Source of the DNA: a bacterium
GTDB lineage: Bacteria; Babelota; Babeliae; Babelales; UASB340
DNA: 64,000 nt
Direction of reading: 5' to 3'
Assembly (NCBI GenBank): GCA_030629005.1
Contig: DAOVPV010000002.1
Span: 67,932-131,931 of the forward strand
Below the pieces are notes generated by a model. That model made no database searches. It was not told where the DNA came from and worked only from the letters and a program-made list of their open reading frames with translations. The position numbers and the translations under genes are program-made. This document shows, one piece after another, positions 1 through 10,084 of the stretch. Each line of letters opens with the position of its first letter. Within the stretch, counting starts at the first letter, position 1.

Positions 1-1364
1 AACATGGAAAAATTGTTTTTTTAGACACTCCAGGGCATGAAGCTTTTGCGGCTATAAGGTCTCGAGGAACTAGTATTACTGATATTGCAGTTTTAATAAT
101 TTCAGCGGAAGATGGTATTAAGCCACAGACGGTTGAGGCTATAAAAATTGCAAAAAAATCTGAGGTTCCCGTCATTGTTGCTGTGAATAAAATAGATAAA
201 ATTTCTCCAGAACGATTAGATGTTGCTTTACAAACAATTAAGAGGGAGTTGTCGGAAAACGACTTGTTGGTTGAGGATTGGGGTGGTGATATTATTTGTG
301 TCCCTATATCAGCTCAGACTGGAGCAGGTGTTGATGAGTTGTTAGAAATGATTGTTTTACAATCTGATCTGATGGATTTAAAAGCAGAATTAGAAGTTCC
401 GGCAAAGGCTTTTATTATTGAGTCTAAGCTAGAGCGAGGTTTTGGTCCTGTTGCGACAGTTATTGTTTCAGAAGGTGTGTTAAAGGTTGGCGATTATTTT
501 ACCTGCGGATCATCTTCTGGGAAGGTTAAGTTGTTGATTAATAGTGTTGGTCAAAAAGTTACTCAAGCTTGTCCATCTATTCCTGTAACGGTTGTTGGTT
601 TTGATAAAGCTTTAGATATTGGCGGTTGGCTTAATGTTGTTTCCGCCAAAGAATATAAAAAAGTAAAAGGTTCTTTTGTTTCTTCTCGTTCGGCGATGAT
701 GCCCACTGCTTTTCCTATTGCATTTATAGATGAGGTCGATAAAAAATCTATAAATATTATTTTTAAAACTGATGCTCAAGGTTCCAAAGATGCTATTGAG
801 TTATCAATTGCTAAGCTTAGGAAATTAACAGAAGAGGATTGTGCTCGATTGAACGTTATTTCTAGCGGTATTGGTGAAGTTTCTGAATCAGATGTAAGTT
901 TTGCGGAAATAGCTGGCGCAATGATTTTAGTGTTACATTCAAAGGTTGATAGAAAAGCTGCTTCTTTGGCTTTGGAAAAAGGTATAAGTATAAAAAAATT
1001 TGATGTTATTTATCATTTGGTAGAATTTCTTGAAGATGAATTGAAGAAGACCCGAAAAATAAAAACCCATTGGGTTCCTAAAGCAAAACTTTTAGTCAAG
1101 AAAATTTTTGATATTAAGGGCATGGGTGTTATTGCTGGTTGTTCTGTTCAAGAAGGCGTTGTTGCTAATGGTAACAAGGTTGTTTGTATAAGAAATAATA
1201 AAACGATTGGTGAGGGCATTATAAAGAGCCTTCAACGAGAAAAAAAAGTTGTAAAAGAAGTTCATGCTGGATTTGAGTGTGGATTTGTTACAGATGCTTT
1301 TCACGATTGGCAGGAAGGTGATTTTGTAAGCGTTTTTGCAGAAGAAGAAATTACGAGTGAATAA
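1..1364 (+). CDS. infB: Translation initiation factor IF-2, C-terminal part (5' end lies outside the window)
   Basis: Frame 3 is open from the window edge: HGKIVFLDTPGHEAFAAIRSRG...VAVNKIDK (GTPase G3 DxxG and G4 NKxD), followed by an IF-2-like C-terminal region. The ORF track only starts at an internal GTG (183). Confidence 0.9.
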   Translation, partial: HGKIVFLDTPGHEAFAAIRSRGTSITDIAVLIISAEDGIKPQTVEAIKIAKKSEVPVIVAVNKIDKISPERLDVALQTIKRELSENDLLVEDWGGDIICVPISAQTGAGVDELLEMIVLQSDLMDLKAELEVPAKAFIIESKLERGFGPVATVIVSEGVLKVGDYFTCGSSSGKVKLLINSVGQKVTQACPSIPVTVVGFDKALDIGGWLNVVSAKEYKKVKGSFVSSRSAMMPTAFPIAFIDEVDKKSINIIFKTDAQGSKDAIELSIAKLRKLTEEDCARLNVISSGIGEVSESDVSFAEIAGAMILVLHSKVDRKAASLALEKGISIKKFDVIYHLVEFLEDELKKTRKIKTHWVPKAKLLVKKIFDIKGMGVIAGCSVQEGVVANGNKVVCIRNNKTIGEGIIKSLQREKKVVKEVHAGFECGFVTDAFHDWQEGDFVSVFAEEEITSE

Positions 1365-2472
1365 AGAATTTTTTAAAAATTTTTTAATAAACTATTGGGA
1401 AAGATCTTATGATTTTTCCCAATTTTGTTTTGTAGAAAAATTGTTTTTTTATTTTTTTATTTTTTTACAAAAAATATATTGTTTCTTTTTTGTCGTTGTT
1501 CTTTTTTATAAAAAAAGGTTTGTAAAAAAAAATAAATATAATTTTAAAGTAGTCTCTATTGGTAATATCTCTGTTGGCGGGACAGGCAAATCTGTTTTGG
1601 TTCAGTACTTAGTAAAAAAATGTTGCTTAAATAAAAAATGTGCGATTGTTTTGCGAGGCTATAAAAGTTTGGCTGAAAAAACAGGGAAAAGCTTCGTTGT
1701 TGTTGAAAAAAAATTAAAGGATACTCAGGCAGTTTTTTTTGGAGATGAAGCTGTTATGCTTTCACGTAACTTGAGTGTACCTGTTGTTGTTGGTAATAAT
1801 AGAGTTAGATCTTGTGATTTGTTGAAAGATGAAATTGACTTGGTATTTCTTGATGATGCATATCAAAATTTATCTATAAAAAAAGATTTTGAAATTTTAT
1901 TGCTAGATGCAAGGCATCCTTTTGAAAATGGATATTGCTTACCTGCGGGCAAGTTGCGAGAGAAGGATTGCTCTAGGGCTGATTGTATTATTTTAACTCA
2001 CACAGAGTCTTTAGATTTTGATAATATTGAAAAAATAAAGAAACAATTATATTTTAAAACTCAGCATAAAAATATTTATTGTGCGATGCATAATTTTGAT
2101 GGTTTATTTTTTAATGATAAAGATTTTATAGATTTAAAGTTACTTAAAAAGAATAAAAACATGGCCTTTGCCGGGATTGGTGATTTTGATTCCTTTAAAA
2201 ATTTTTTATTGGATATCGGTTTAAGAAATTGTGAGTTTAAATCTTACTCTGACCATTATGATTATGGCAAGGACGACATAGACGAACTTTTTTTAAATGC
2301 TAAAAGATTGGGGATTAATTCCATAATTACGACTCAAAAGGATTGGGTAAAAATTTCAAAATATTTATTACATAAAAATGATATTCCTGTTTATGTTGTA
2401 AGAATAAAATTTAAATTTTTTTTTAATGATGAAAAAAAATTTTTGGATCAATTAAAAATTAATATACAATAA
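1336..2472 (+). CDS. lpxK: Tetraacyldisaccharide 4'-kinase (lipid A biosynthesis)
   Basis: VVSIGNISVGGTGKSVLV matches the LpxK P-loop context (GNxxVGGTGK) after a hydrophobic N-terminus. The TTG start at 1336 overlaps the infB stop; GTG 1357 is an alternative start. Confidence 0.75.
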   Translation: MQKKKLRVNKEFFKNFLINYWERSYDFSQFCFVEKLFFYFFIFLQKIYCFFFVVVLFYKKRFVKKNKYNFKVVSIGNISVGGTGKSVLVQYLVKKCCLNKKCAIVLRGYKSLAEKTGKSFVVVEKKLKDTQAVFFGDEAVMLSRNLSVPVVVGNNRVRSCDLLKDEIDLVFLDDAYQNLSIKKDFEILLLDARHPFENGYCLPAGKLREKDCSRADCIILTHTESLDFDNIEKIKKQLYFKTQHKNIYCAMHNFDGLFFNDKDFIDLKLLKKNKNMAFAGIGDFDSFKNFLLDIGLRNCEFKSYSDHYDYGKDDIDELFLNAKRLGINSIITTQKDWVKISKYLLHKNDIPVYVVRIKFKFFFNDEKKFLDQLKINIQ

Positions 2473-2516
2473 AATTGTAGAGCGAAAATTGAGAATTATT
2501 TCTTGAGAGAGTTTAT

Positions 2517-3506
2517 ATGAAGGTTGTTGTTGCAAGACATTTGTTTTGTCTTGTTTTTCCCGCACTTTTTGCTTTGTATATATATCCACTTTTAATTCGT
2601 ATTGCAAAAAGTTTTAATATTTTAGATAATCCTGACGGTGGTGTTAAAAATCATAAACAGTCTGTTCCTTATTTAGGTGGATTTGGATTATATATACCAT
2701 TTATTGCTACACTTGCTATTGCTTATCCGTTTGAAAACCAGATTTTATGGCTTTTGTTGGGTGTTACTTTTTTGCTATTTGTTGGATTTGTTGACGATTT
2801 AAAGGCTCTTGTTCCTATACAAAAATTTGTGGGACAAATAATAGCTGTAATATGTTTTTTAAAGGGAGGTTATTCATTAAAAAATGTTTTTTTTAATGAT
2901 GTTTTTACAATTATAATTTCTGCCTTTTGGATGTTGTCTATTATAAATGCATTTAATCTTATAGATGTTATGGATGGTTTAACAGCTGTTGTTTCTATAA
3001 TGGCAGGGATTTCGTTTTTTTTTATATCGTTGTATTTAAAACAATATGCTATTTCTATATTGATATTGGCTTTTATTGTTCCCATTTTTATTTTCTTTTT
3101 TTATAATAAGTCTCCGGCAAAAATTTATTTGGGAGATTCGGGTTCTCTTTTTATAGGTGGTTTTTTTGCGGCAATTCCACAACTTATAAATTGGAGTTCT
3201 ATAGATCACTTTTCTTTTTTTGTAACATTTGTAATATTGGCAATTCCTATGCTAGAGATTTTTTTTTTAGTTATAATACGTACATATAAAGGAATACCGT
3301 TTTATAAACCAACTCCCGATCATTTTGCTTTATATTTAAAGAGAAAAGGATGGAGTGTTTCTAAGATATTAAAATTTGTGTTTTTTATATCATGTTTTTT
3401 ATCTTTAATTTCATTTTTATTTTTATTAAAAATAATATCTTTAAAAGTTTTATTTTTTGTTTGTTTTATCTTTTTTATATTTTGGATTTATATTATTTTT
3501 ATTTAA
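2517..3506 (+). CDS. Polyprenyl-phosphate sugar-1-phosphate transferase, WecA/MraY (glycosyltransferase 4) family
   Basis: Polytopic membrane protein with NPDGGVKNHKQSVPYLGG, VGFVDDL and NAFNLIDVMDGL motifs typical of the WecA/TagO/MraY superfamily. Confidence 0.75.
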   Translation: MKVVVARHLFCLVFPALFALYIYPLLIRIAKSFNILDNPDGGVKNHKQSVPYLGGFGLYIPFIATLAIAYPFENQILWLLLGVTFLLFVGFVDDLKALVPIQKFVGQIIAVICFLKGGYSLKNVFFNDVFTIIISAFWMLSIINAFNLIDVMDGLTAVVSIMAGISFFFISLYLKQYAISILILAFIVPIFIFFFYNKSPAKIYLGDSGSLFIGGFFAAIPQLINWSSIDHFSFFVTFVILAIPMLEIFFLVIIRTYKGIPFYKPTPDHFALYLKRKGWSVSKILKFVFFISCFLSLISFLFLLKIISLKVLFFVCFIFFIFWIYIIFI

Positions 3507-4353
3507 CCATATCTTTTAATAAATCGATTTCTACCTTGTGTTCATCAACTTTTTTAACAGGCGTTTCCAATATTTTGGGGATTTTTTTTAGTCTTTTATC
3601 ATTCATAATAAGTGAAAAAGTTTTTAGTGGAATATACCCTTTTCCTATATTTTCATGCTGATCTTTTCTTGAGTTTAAATTTGTTTTGGAGTCGTTTAGA
3701 TGTATAGCTTTTAGATTTTTTAAGCCAATGATTTTATCAAACGTTTGTATAACTTTTTTATACTCCGTAGGCGTAGAAATATCATATCCTGCTGAAAAGA
3801 TATGGCATGTGTCTAGACATGTACCTATTTTCTTTTTTTCTTTCGCCTTATCGCGAATTTCTTTTAAATGCTCAAATTTATATCCAACATTCGTTCCTTG
3901 TCCGGCTGTTGTTTCTAGTAAAATCATTGTCTTTCCAGAGGCGTTTTTTAGAACGAAATCTAGGTTTTTAGAGATTTGTTCTAAACATTTTTCTTCACCT
4001 GATTTTAGGTGTGCGCCCGGGTGTAATACTAAATACGGGATTTCTAAGTCTTGGCATCTTTCTAATTCTAGTTTTAAAGCATCTATTGATTTTTTTTCAG
4101 TATCTTTGTTTGGAGAACCTATGTTAATTAAATATGATGTATGTGCAATTATAGTTTTGATATTGGATTTTTTTTGGGTTTCTTTAAATTTTAGTATGTT
4201 TTCTTCTTTTAGTTTACTTGCATGCCAAGAACGACTACTTTTTGTAAAAATTTGTATTGTTGTGCATCCTAGTTTTTCGCCCTCTTCTATTGCCTTGTAT
4301 AGTCCGCCGCTTATTGATGTGTGAGCTCCTAAAAAGATTGTTTTTTTGCCCAT
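3499..4353 (-). CDS. nfo: Endonuclease IV (AP endonuclease)
   Basis: GAHTSISGG, HPGAH, LETTAGQGT, CLDTCHIFSAGYD and HLNDSK...RKDQHENIG motifs of the Nfo TIM-barrel family. Confidence 0.9.
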   Translation of the reverse strand: MGKKTIFLGAHTSISGGLYKAIEEGEKLGCTTIQIFTKSSRSWHASKLKEENILKFKETQKKSNIKTIIAHTSYLINIGSPNKDTEKKSIDALKLELERCQDLEIPYLVLHPGAHLKSGEEKCLEQISKNLDFVLKNASGKTMILLETTAGQGTNVGYKFEHLKEIRDKAKEKKKIGTCLDTCHIFSAGYDISTPTEYKKVIQTFDKIIGLKNLKAIHLNDSKTNLNSRKDQHENIGKGYIPLKTFSLIMNDKRLKKIPKILETPVKKVDEHKVEIDLLKDMVK

Positions 4354-4442
4354 TTCGAATTATCCTTGTTTTTTAGTTTTAATTATTTTAACTTTAGATT
4401 AAATCTTTTTTTTAATAACGAATAGTAATTTTTGAGGTAGCT

Positions 4443-4859
4443 ATGCAAGATGCTAATAAATCTATTGAAAAGATTCCTGTAGCTAAGTTAGACCAGTTAA
4501 TTAATTTTGTGACTAAAGCTTGGGGACATGAGGAGTGGATTGCTAATAATTCTAAATATTGTGGTAAAAAGTTGGTATTAAAAAAAGGTTTTCGTTGTTC
4601 TATGCACAAGCATAATATAAAAGATGAAACTTTTTATATTCAATCAGGTAAGGTTTTAATGGAATTTGAATACAATGGGGTTTTTGGTAAAAAGGTTTTG
4701 ACGTCCGGTGATGTTATGCATATAAAAATTGGTATGTGGCATAGGTTTACAGGTTTGCAAGATTCAGAAATATTTGAATTTTCGACATTTCATATGGAAG
4801 AAGATTCTATTCGACGAGAAGCAAGTGGTAAAATTGATTTAAAAGAAGTTGAATTTTAA
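4443..4859 (+). CDS. Cupin-domain protein (mannose-6-phosphate-isomerase-like small cupin)
   Basis: WGHEEWIANN...CSMHKHNIKDETFYIQSGK...GDVMHIKIGMWHRF fits the two cupin His-containing motifs. GAGGT Shine-Dalgarno lies 5 nt upstream of the ATG. Confidence 0.6.
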   Translation: MQDANKSIEKIPVAKLDQLINFVTKAWGHEEWIANNSKYCGKKLVLKKGFRCSMHKHNIKDETFYIQSGKVLMEFEYNGVFGKKVLTSGDVMHIKIGMWHRFTGLQDSEIFEFSTFHMEEDSIRREASGKIDLKEVEF

Positions 4860-4863
4860 ACGG

Positions 4864-5418
4864 ATGCTTAATTTTAAATCTTTTTATAAATATTCATTTT
4901 TGGGTCTTGTATTTTTAGCAGGGATTGTATTTTATCTTTTGCATAAAAATATGCTGATAGTTAAATTTTTACCAAGTTTAAAGTTTGATAAAAATGTTTT
5001 TGACAATTATAATACTTCTTTTAAAAAAGAGGTGGTTTTTTACTTTTGGAAAAATAATAAGTTTTATGAAGAAAAAAAAGATTTTGTTTTTTTTAAAAGT
5101 AAGTCTGAAAATGTAAAGCATTTTGTTAATGATTGGCTTTCTATATTACTTGCAGAAAGAGTATTGGCAATAGATGTATCAGTTTTATCTGCTAGTTTAG
5201 ATAAAAATGAAAATATTTTATTTTTGTCTTTTAATAAAAATATTTTGGATATTAGTTGGTCTATTTTTGAAAAATGGAATTGTATAGAAGCTTTATTTAA
5301 AAGTTTAAGAAAAGCTAATTTTAAAATTAGAGAGGTTGTTTTTTTGGTTAATAACAAAGTGATGCAAGATGATCATTTAGATTTTTCTAAAGAATGGAAT
5401 ATTTCGGGATTTCAATAA
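4864..5418 (+). CDS. Hypothetical membrane-anchored protein
   Basis: Long ORF with one N-terminal hydrophobic helix (FLGLVFLAGIVFYLL). ATG at 4864 is preferred over the TTG at 4849. No recognisable motif. Confidence 0.4.
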   Translation: MLNFKSFYKYSFLGLVFLAGIVFYLLHKNMLIVKFLPSLKFDKNVFDNYNTSFKKEVVFYFWKNNKFYEEKKDFVFFKSKSENVKHFVNDWLSILLAERVLAIDVSVLSASLDKNENILFLSFNKNILDISWSIFEKWNCIEALFKSLRKANFKIREVVFLVNNKVMQDDHLDFSKEWNISGFQ

Positions 5419-5436
5419 TAAAAAGGAATAAGTCGT

Positions 5437-6111
5437 ATGAAAAAGAATAATTTTTTATTGATGTTAATAATTACTTTTTTAAGTTTAAATTCTCAAGGTG
5501 TTACTGATTTTACAAGCGTCGAGATTATACCTAAAAATAAAGAAAAAATAATCTCTACAGAGAATTCTAATGTTGAAACAAAAGAAGAGGTTATTAATAG
5601 ATTAAGATTAAGTAAAAAAAGAAAAGAAAAAGTTGCGGCTGCATTTTGGGGATTAGTAAATGCATTTTCTGCTATTGCCCAAGCATCTACCGGTAATCCT
5701 CAAGAAGCGATTCCAAACTTTGTTGGTGCAGCTTTAAATACAGCTGCGCAAATTGCTCAAATAGAAGCTAATTATGCAAAGGCTCCAAATTTATTTTTTA
5801 ATTATGATAAACTTGTAGCTAATTTAATGGAAGATTTTGTAGAAATTATATATAATTTAATTTCTACAGATGACAGATTAATTACAGAATCTGATTTTAT
5901 TTTGTTAAGTGAATTAAAAAAAATAAAATTCCATGATGCTAGGTTAGAATGGCTTGCTGAGAAAATATTGGATGGCGAGTTTGTACAGGCTTTTTTGAAT
6001 GAAGCTTTAGATTATTTGAGTTTTTATTTACATAAAAAGATAGATAATCTTATTACTTATTTAAAGGAAACATTATTACTTCCAGGAAAGTTGGAGGAGG
6101 ATTTTAATTAG
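5437..6111 (+). CDS. Hypothetical secreted protein
   Basis: Signal-peptide-like N-terminus MKKNNFLLMLIITFLSLNS. AGGAA upstream of the ATG. No recognisable family. Confidence 0.45.
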   Translation: MKKNNFLLMLIITFLSLNSQGVTDFTSVEIIPKNKEKIISTENSNVETKEEVINRLRLSKKRKEKVAAAFWGLVNAFSAIAQASTGNPQEAIPNFVGAALNTAAQIAQIEANYAKAPNLFFNYDKLVANLMEDFVEIIYNLISTDDRLITESDFILLSELKKIKFHDARLEWLAEKILDGEFVQAFLNEALDYLSFYLHKKIDNLITYLKETLLLPGKLEEDFN

Positions 6112-6113
6112 AG

Positions 6114-7079
6114 ATGTTTTTTATAAAAAAAATAATTATATATAGTTTTGCATTGGTTTTTATTTTGTTTATAAGTCAAGTTTTTGGACATAAAAAAGCA
6201 AATGTTTATTATTTTAATTTAGATAATAAATTAGTTCGTGAAGATATTAATGCGGGAGCAGCTTTAAATTTTTTATATAATAATTTTTTGGGAAAAATTA
6301 TTCGGCCAGTTTTAACACAAAAAATTGTTTCTAAAATTCCGAATTTTTATAATAATTCTAGATTAAGCAAACATAAGATAAAACCTTTTATAAAAAAATA
6401 TAAGATAGATACTAGCGAGTTTTTAAAAAAAGGCTCAGACTTTAAATCATTTAATGATTTTTTTACAAGGAAACTAAAGCCGAATGTTCGCCCAATTGAT
6501 AGGAATCCTGAATTAGTTGTCTCTCCCGCAGATAGCAAGCTCTTTGTTATTCCGGATGTATCAAAGGAAGTTAAATTTTTTGTAAAAAATAAAAAATTTA
6601 ACTTAGAAAATTTTTTAAAAAATAAAGATTTGGCGAAAAAATATTCTGGTGGTGTAATGTTAATATTTAGATTAGCTCCACTAGATTATCATAGATATCA
6701 TTTTCCATTTGATTGCATTCCTGAAAAACCTGTAAAGATAAACGGTAAATTAGAGTCTGTTAATAGTCTTGTATATAAATCTGGAATTCAGCCTTTAACA
6801 GAAAACGAGCGCCAATTGATTAAGCTTAAGACCCAAAATTTTGGTTCTGCTTTGTTAGTAAGTGTTGGGGCGATGTTTGTTGGTAAAATAGTTCACACGT
6901 TTAAGCCTGAAAATCAGTATAAGAAAGGGAATGAAGTTGGCTATTTTGAATTTGGTGGTTCAACTTTAGTTTTATTATTTGAAAAAGATAAAATTAAAAT
7001 AAAAGATAAATTTTTAATAAATTCAAAAAAAGGTTATGAAACTCAAGTAAAAATGGGCCAGGTTGTAAATTGTTTATGA
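6114..7079 (+). CDS. psd: Phosphatidylserine decarboxylase proenzyme
   Basis: FFTRKLKP..RPID, SPADSK, LAPLDYHRYHFP and the self-cleavage-type FEFGGSTLV motif near the C-terminus. Confidence 0.85.
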   Translation: MFFIKKIIIYSFALVFILFISQVFGHKKANVYYFNLDNKLVREDINAGAALNFLYNNFLGKIIRPVLTQKIVSKIPNFYNNSRLSKHKIKPFIKKYKIDTSEFLKKGSDFKSFNDFFTRKLKPNVRPIDRNPELVVSPADSKLFVIPDVSKEVKFFVKNKKFNLENFLKNKDLAKKYSGGVMLIFRLAPLDYHRYHFPFDCIPEKPVKINGKLESVNSLVYKSGIQPLTENERQLIKLKTQNFGSALLVSVGAMFVGKIVHTFKPENQYKKGNEVGYFEFGGSTLVLLFEKDKIKIKDKFLINSKKGYETQVKMGQVVNCL

Positions 7080-7096
7080 AATAACAAGGAGAAGTT

Positions 7097-7747
7097 ATGG
7101 AAATTTTGCCATCTTTAATATCTGCGGATCTTTTAAATTTAGGTAAAGTTATAAAAGATTTAGATGATCATTGTGATGGATATCATCTTGATGTTATGGA
7201 TGATCATTTTGTTCCAAATTTAACCTGGGGACCGATGTTTGTTGAGCAAATTTTAAACTCAACAGAACTCCCCATACATTTACACTTAATGGTTCAAGAT
7301 CCTGAGAAATGGGTTAATAGAGTAAAATTAAGATCTAAAGATACTTTTATATTTCACTATGAAGCAACTAAAGAAAATGATAGAATTTTAAAGTTAATAG
7401 ATAGTGTGAAAGTTCAAGGTTACAAGATTGGAATTGCAATTAATCCTGAAACTGAGATAGAAACTATTTTTGATTATGTTGATAATTTAGATCACATTTT
7501 GATTATGTCTGTAAATCCAGGCTTTTCCGGACAAAAGTTTATTCCGGAGGTTCTGGAAAAAGTTGATTCTTTGATAAATCAAAGAGATAGCATGAATCTT
7601 AATTTTAAGATAGGTATGGATGGTGGTCTTGGAAAAGATAATATTAAGATGATTACTGAAACAGGTGTTGATCAAATTGGTGTCGCCTCTGCTATTTTTG
7701 GACCTGGTTCATCTGTAGATAATATTAAGAAATTATTTACATATTGA
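7097..7747 (+). CDS. rpe: Ribulose-phosphate 3-epimerase
   Basis: PSLISADLLNLG, HLDVMDDHFVPNLTWGP, MSVNPGFSGQKFIP and DGG motifs. Confidence 0.9.
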   Translation: MEILPSLISADLLNLGKVIKDLDDHCDGYHLDVMDDHFVPNLTWGPMFVEQILNSTELPIHLHLMVQDPEKWVNRVKLRSKDTFIFHYEATKENDRILKLIDSVKVQGYKIGIAINPETEIETIFDYVDNLDHILIMSVNPGFSGQKFIPEVLEKVDSLINQRDSMNLNFKIGMDGGLGKDNIKMITETGVDQIGVASAIFGPGSSVDNIKKLFTY

Positions 7748-7813
7748 TTAATAATATAATTTAAAACATTCACTTTTTAGTTTAATTTACTATATTAATA
7801 CTTATTAATTTAG

Positions 7814-10084
7814 TTGTTTTTAATAGTGTTAATAGGTGAACTTGTGATTTCGTCTAGTCTTTTAGATAAAATTCGTGTTGGAGTTTTAATGGGGGGACGT
7901 TCTATAGAGCGAGAAGTCTCTTTTAATTCTGGTAGAACTATTTGTGATCATTTGGATACACAAAAGTTTGATATAATTCCTATTTTTCAAAAAGATAATG
8001 GTCAACTTTATTTATTACCGTGGCATTTTTTGCATAGAGGTAAAATATCTGATTTTTATAATCGATTAGAAAATGAAGCAGAAAAAATAAATTGGGATGA
8101 TTTAAAAAAAACTGTAGATTTTGTTTATATTTCTTTACATGGGCGTTATGGGGAAGATGGTACTGTTCAAGGTGCTTTAGAGATTTTAGGAATTCCCTAT
8201 TTAGGCTCAAAAGTTTTTGGTAGTGCTTTAATAATGGATAAAATTGCTCAAAAGACATTGTTGCAGGCTAGTAGTATTAAGGTTGCAAAAGATATTATTA
8301 TAAATTCAAGTGACATTAAAAATATATCTTTAGATATTGTTTTAGAGAAATTGAAAGAAAAAAAAATAAATTTACCTGTAGTCATAAAACCTGTGCACGA
8401 AGGTTCAAGTTTTGGTGTCTCTGTTATTTCTAAAAAAGACGACTTATTACAGGCTATTAAAAATGCAGCGACTTGTACGTTCGGGATGGTGCAGTCGGTG
8501 CTTGTAGAAGAAAAACTGGAAGGGATGGAGTTTGTTGTTGTTTGTTTACAAAAACCAGACAAAACATGGTTTGGACTTTCTGTTACTGAAGTTATCATCG
8601 AGGATGGATATGATTTTTATGACTATGATCAAAAATACATGCCAGGAAGAGCTACCAAATTTACTCCTGCTCGAATTGATGAAAAGATACAAAAAAATAT
8701 TTTGGATACTTGTTTAAAGGTAACAAAATTATTAGATTTTAATGCAATTTCTCGTATAGATGGTTTTTTAACTAAAGATGGAAAAATTTATATAATAGAT
8801 CCAAATTCTTTAACTGGTATGAGCCCATCTTCTTTTTTGTTTAATCAGGCAGCAGAAGTTGACATGAATCATACGCAATTAATAAATTATTTAATAGATT
8901 CAGAGTTAAAACAATATGGAATTTCCAATACAAATTTAATTGTAGATAAAAATATGAATAAAATTGAAAATTTAAAAAAAAGAGTTGTTGTTCTTCTAGG
9001 CGGCAATACCAATGAAAGAGAAGTTTCTTTAGATTCTGGTAGAAATATTTGTTATAAATTATCACCTCATAAATATGAGGTTATTCCTGTTTTTGTGGAT
9101 AATAAAAAGGAACTTTATAAGATTAGTAATAAACTTTTGGTACAAAATTCAACTCGAGAAATTAATGATCTATTAACTCAAGATATGAAAACTAACTGGT
9201 CAGATTTGCCCAATATTTGTGATTTTGTGTTTATTGGGCTTCATGGTGGTATTGGGGAAGATGGATCGGTTCAAGGTATGCTAGAGATGTTAAATTTGCC
9301 ATATAATGGTTCTGGAGTGTTGGCGAGTTCGCTTTGCATGGATAAATTCAAAACAAACAAGTATTTAAAAACTAAAAAAATCGATGTTGCCGATTCTGTT
9401 GTTCTAGATATTAAAACATTTGAGACAAATAAGAACGAAGAGTTTTTAGGTAAATTAACTATAGATTTTAATTTTCCATTGATAATAAAGCCTCATGATG
9501 ACGGTTGTAGCTTTTTTGTTAAAAAAATAAAAGATAAAAAAGATTTGCTTAAAAATATAGGGACTTATTTTAAAGAATCTGGAAAAGATTCTGTTATGAT
9601 AGAAGAATTTATAATTGGAATGGAGCTTACTGGTGGTGTTTTTGGTAATGAGAATGTTGTTGCGATGCCTCCAAGTAAAGTTTTGGCGAGCAATGATATT
9701 TTATCTATAGAAGAAAAATTTTTACCAGGTGCTGGGGAAAATTTAACACCTGCTCCATTGCCGCAAAAAGCATTAACGTTTATTCAGAGTGAAATTGCCA
9801 AAACTTATAAAGCTTTAAATCTTTCTGGATATGCAAGAATAGATTGTTTTTATCAAGATGCAAAAATATCTCCGACTAAAAAACAAAGATTGGTTATCTT
9901 AGAAATTAATACGTTGCCAGGAATGACTCCTGCTACAGCAATCTTTCATGCCGCTTCAGAAATTGGGCTAAGGCCGATGGAGTTTGTAGACAAAATTGTT
10001 GAACTTGGTTTTGAGTTACACGAAAAGACTGATATTTTTTATATATTACCCGATAAAAAATTTAGAGCAGATCTAATTAATTGA
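7814..10084 (+). CDS. ddl: Tandem D-alanine--D-alanine ligase fusion (two complete Ddl/ATP-grasp modules in one 756-aa ORF)
   Basis: Module 1 starts RVGVLMGGRSIEREVSFNSGRTI and ends ...IDPNSLTGMSPSS. Module 2 starts RVVVLLGGNTNEREVSLDSGRNI and ends ...EINTLPGMTPATA. No stop codon between them. The exact start (TTG 7814 or GTG 7845) is uncertain. Confidence 0.8.
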   Translation: MFLIVLIGELVISSSLLDKIRVGVLMGGRSIEREVSFNSGRTICDHLDTQKFDIIPIFQKDNGQLYLLPWHFLHRGKISDFYNRLENEAEKINWDDLKKTVDFVYISLHGRYGEDGTVQGALEILGIPYLGSKVFGSALIMDKIAQKTLLQASSIKVAKDIIINSSDIKNISLDIVLEKLKEKKINLPVVIKPVHEGSSFGVSVISKKDDLLQAIKNAATCTFGMVQSVLVEEKLEGMEFVVVCLQKPDKTWFGLSVTEVIIEDGYDFYDYDQKYMPGRATKFTPARIDEKIQKNILDTCLKVTKLLDFNAISRIDGFLTKDGKIYIIDPNSLTGMSPSSFLFNQAAEVDMNHTQLINYLIDSELKQYGISNTNLIVDKNMNKIENLKKRVVVLLGGNTNEREVSLDSGRNICYKLSPHKYEVIPVFVDNKKELYKISNKLLVQNSTREINDLLTQDMKTNWSDLPNICDFVFIGLHGGIGEDGSVQGMLEMLNLPYNGSGVLASSLCMDKFKTNKYLKTKKIDVADSVVLDIKTFETNKNEEFLGKLTIDFNFPLIIKPHDDGCSFFVKKIKDKKDLLKNIGTYFKESGKDSVMIEEFIIGMELTGGVFGNENVVAMPPSKVLASNDILSIEEKFLPGAGENLTPAPLPQKALTFIQSEIAKTYKALNLSGYARIDCFYQDAKISPTKKQRLVILEINTLPGMTPATAIFHAASEIGLRPMEFVDKIVELGFELHEKTDIFYILPDKKFRADLIN

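Noticed and set aside
3686-4324. 212-aa plus-strand ORF
   Set aside because: It lies entirely inside nfo on the opposite strand. Nfo motifs are unambiguous and this ORF has no recognisable features. The same reasoning applies to other embedded antisense ORFs, such as 15681..16019, 16395..16757, 20673..21170, 37655..38119, 43889..44224 and 56514..56765.
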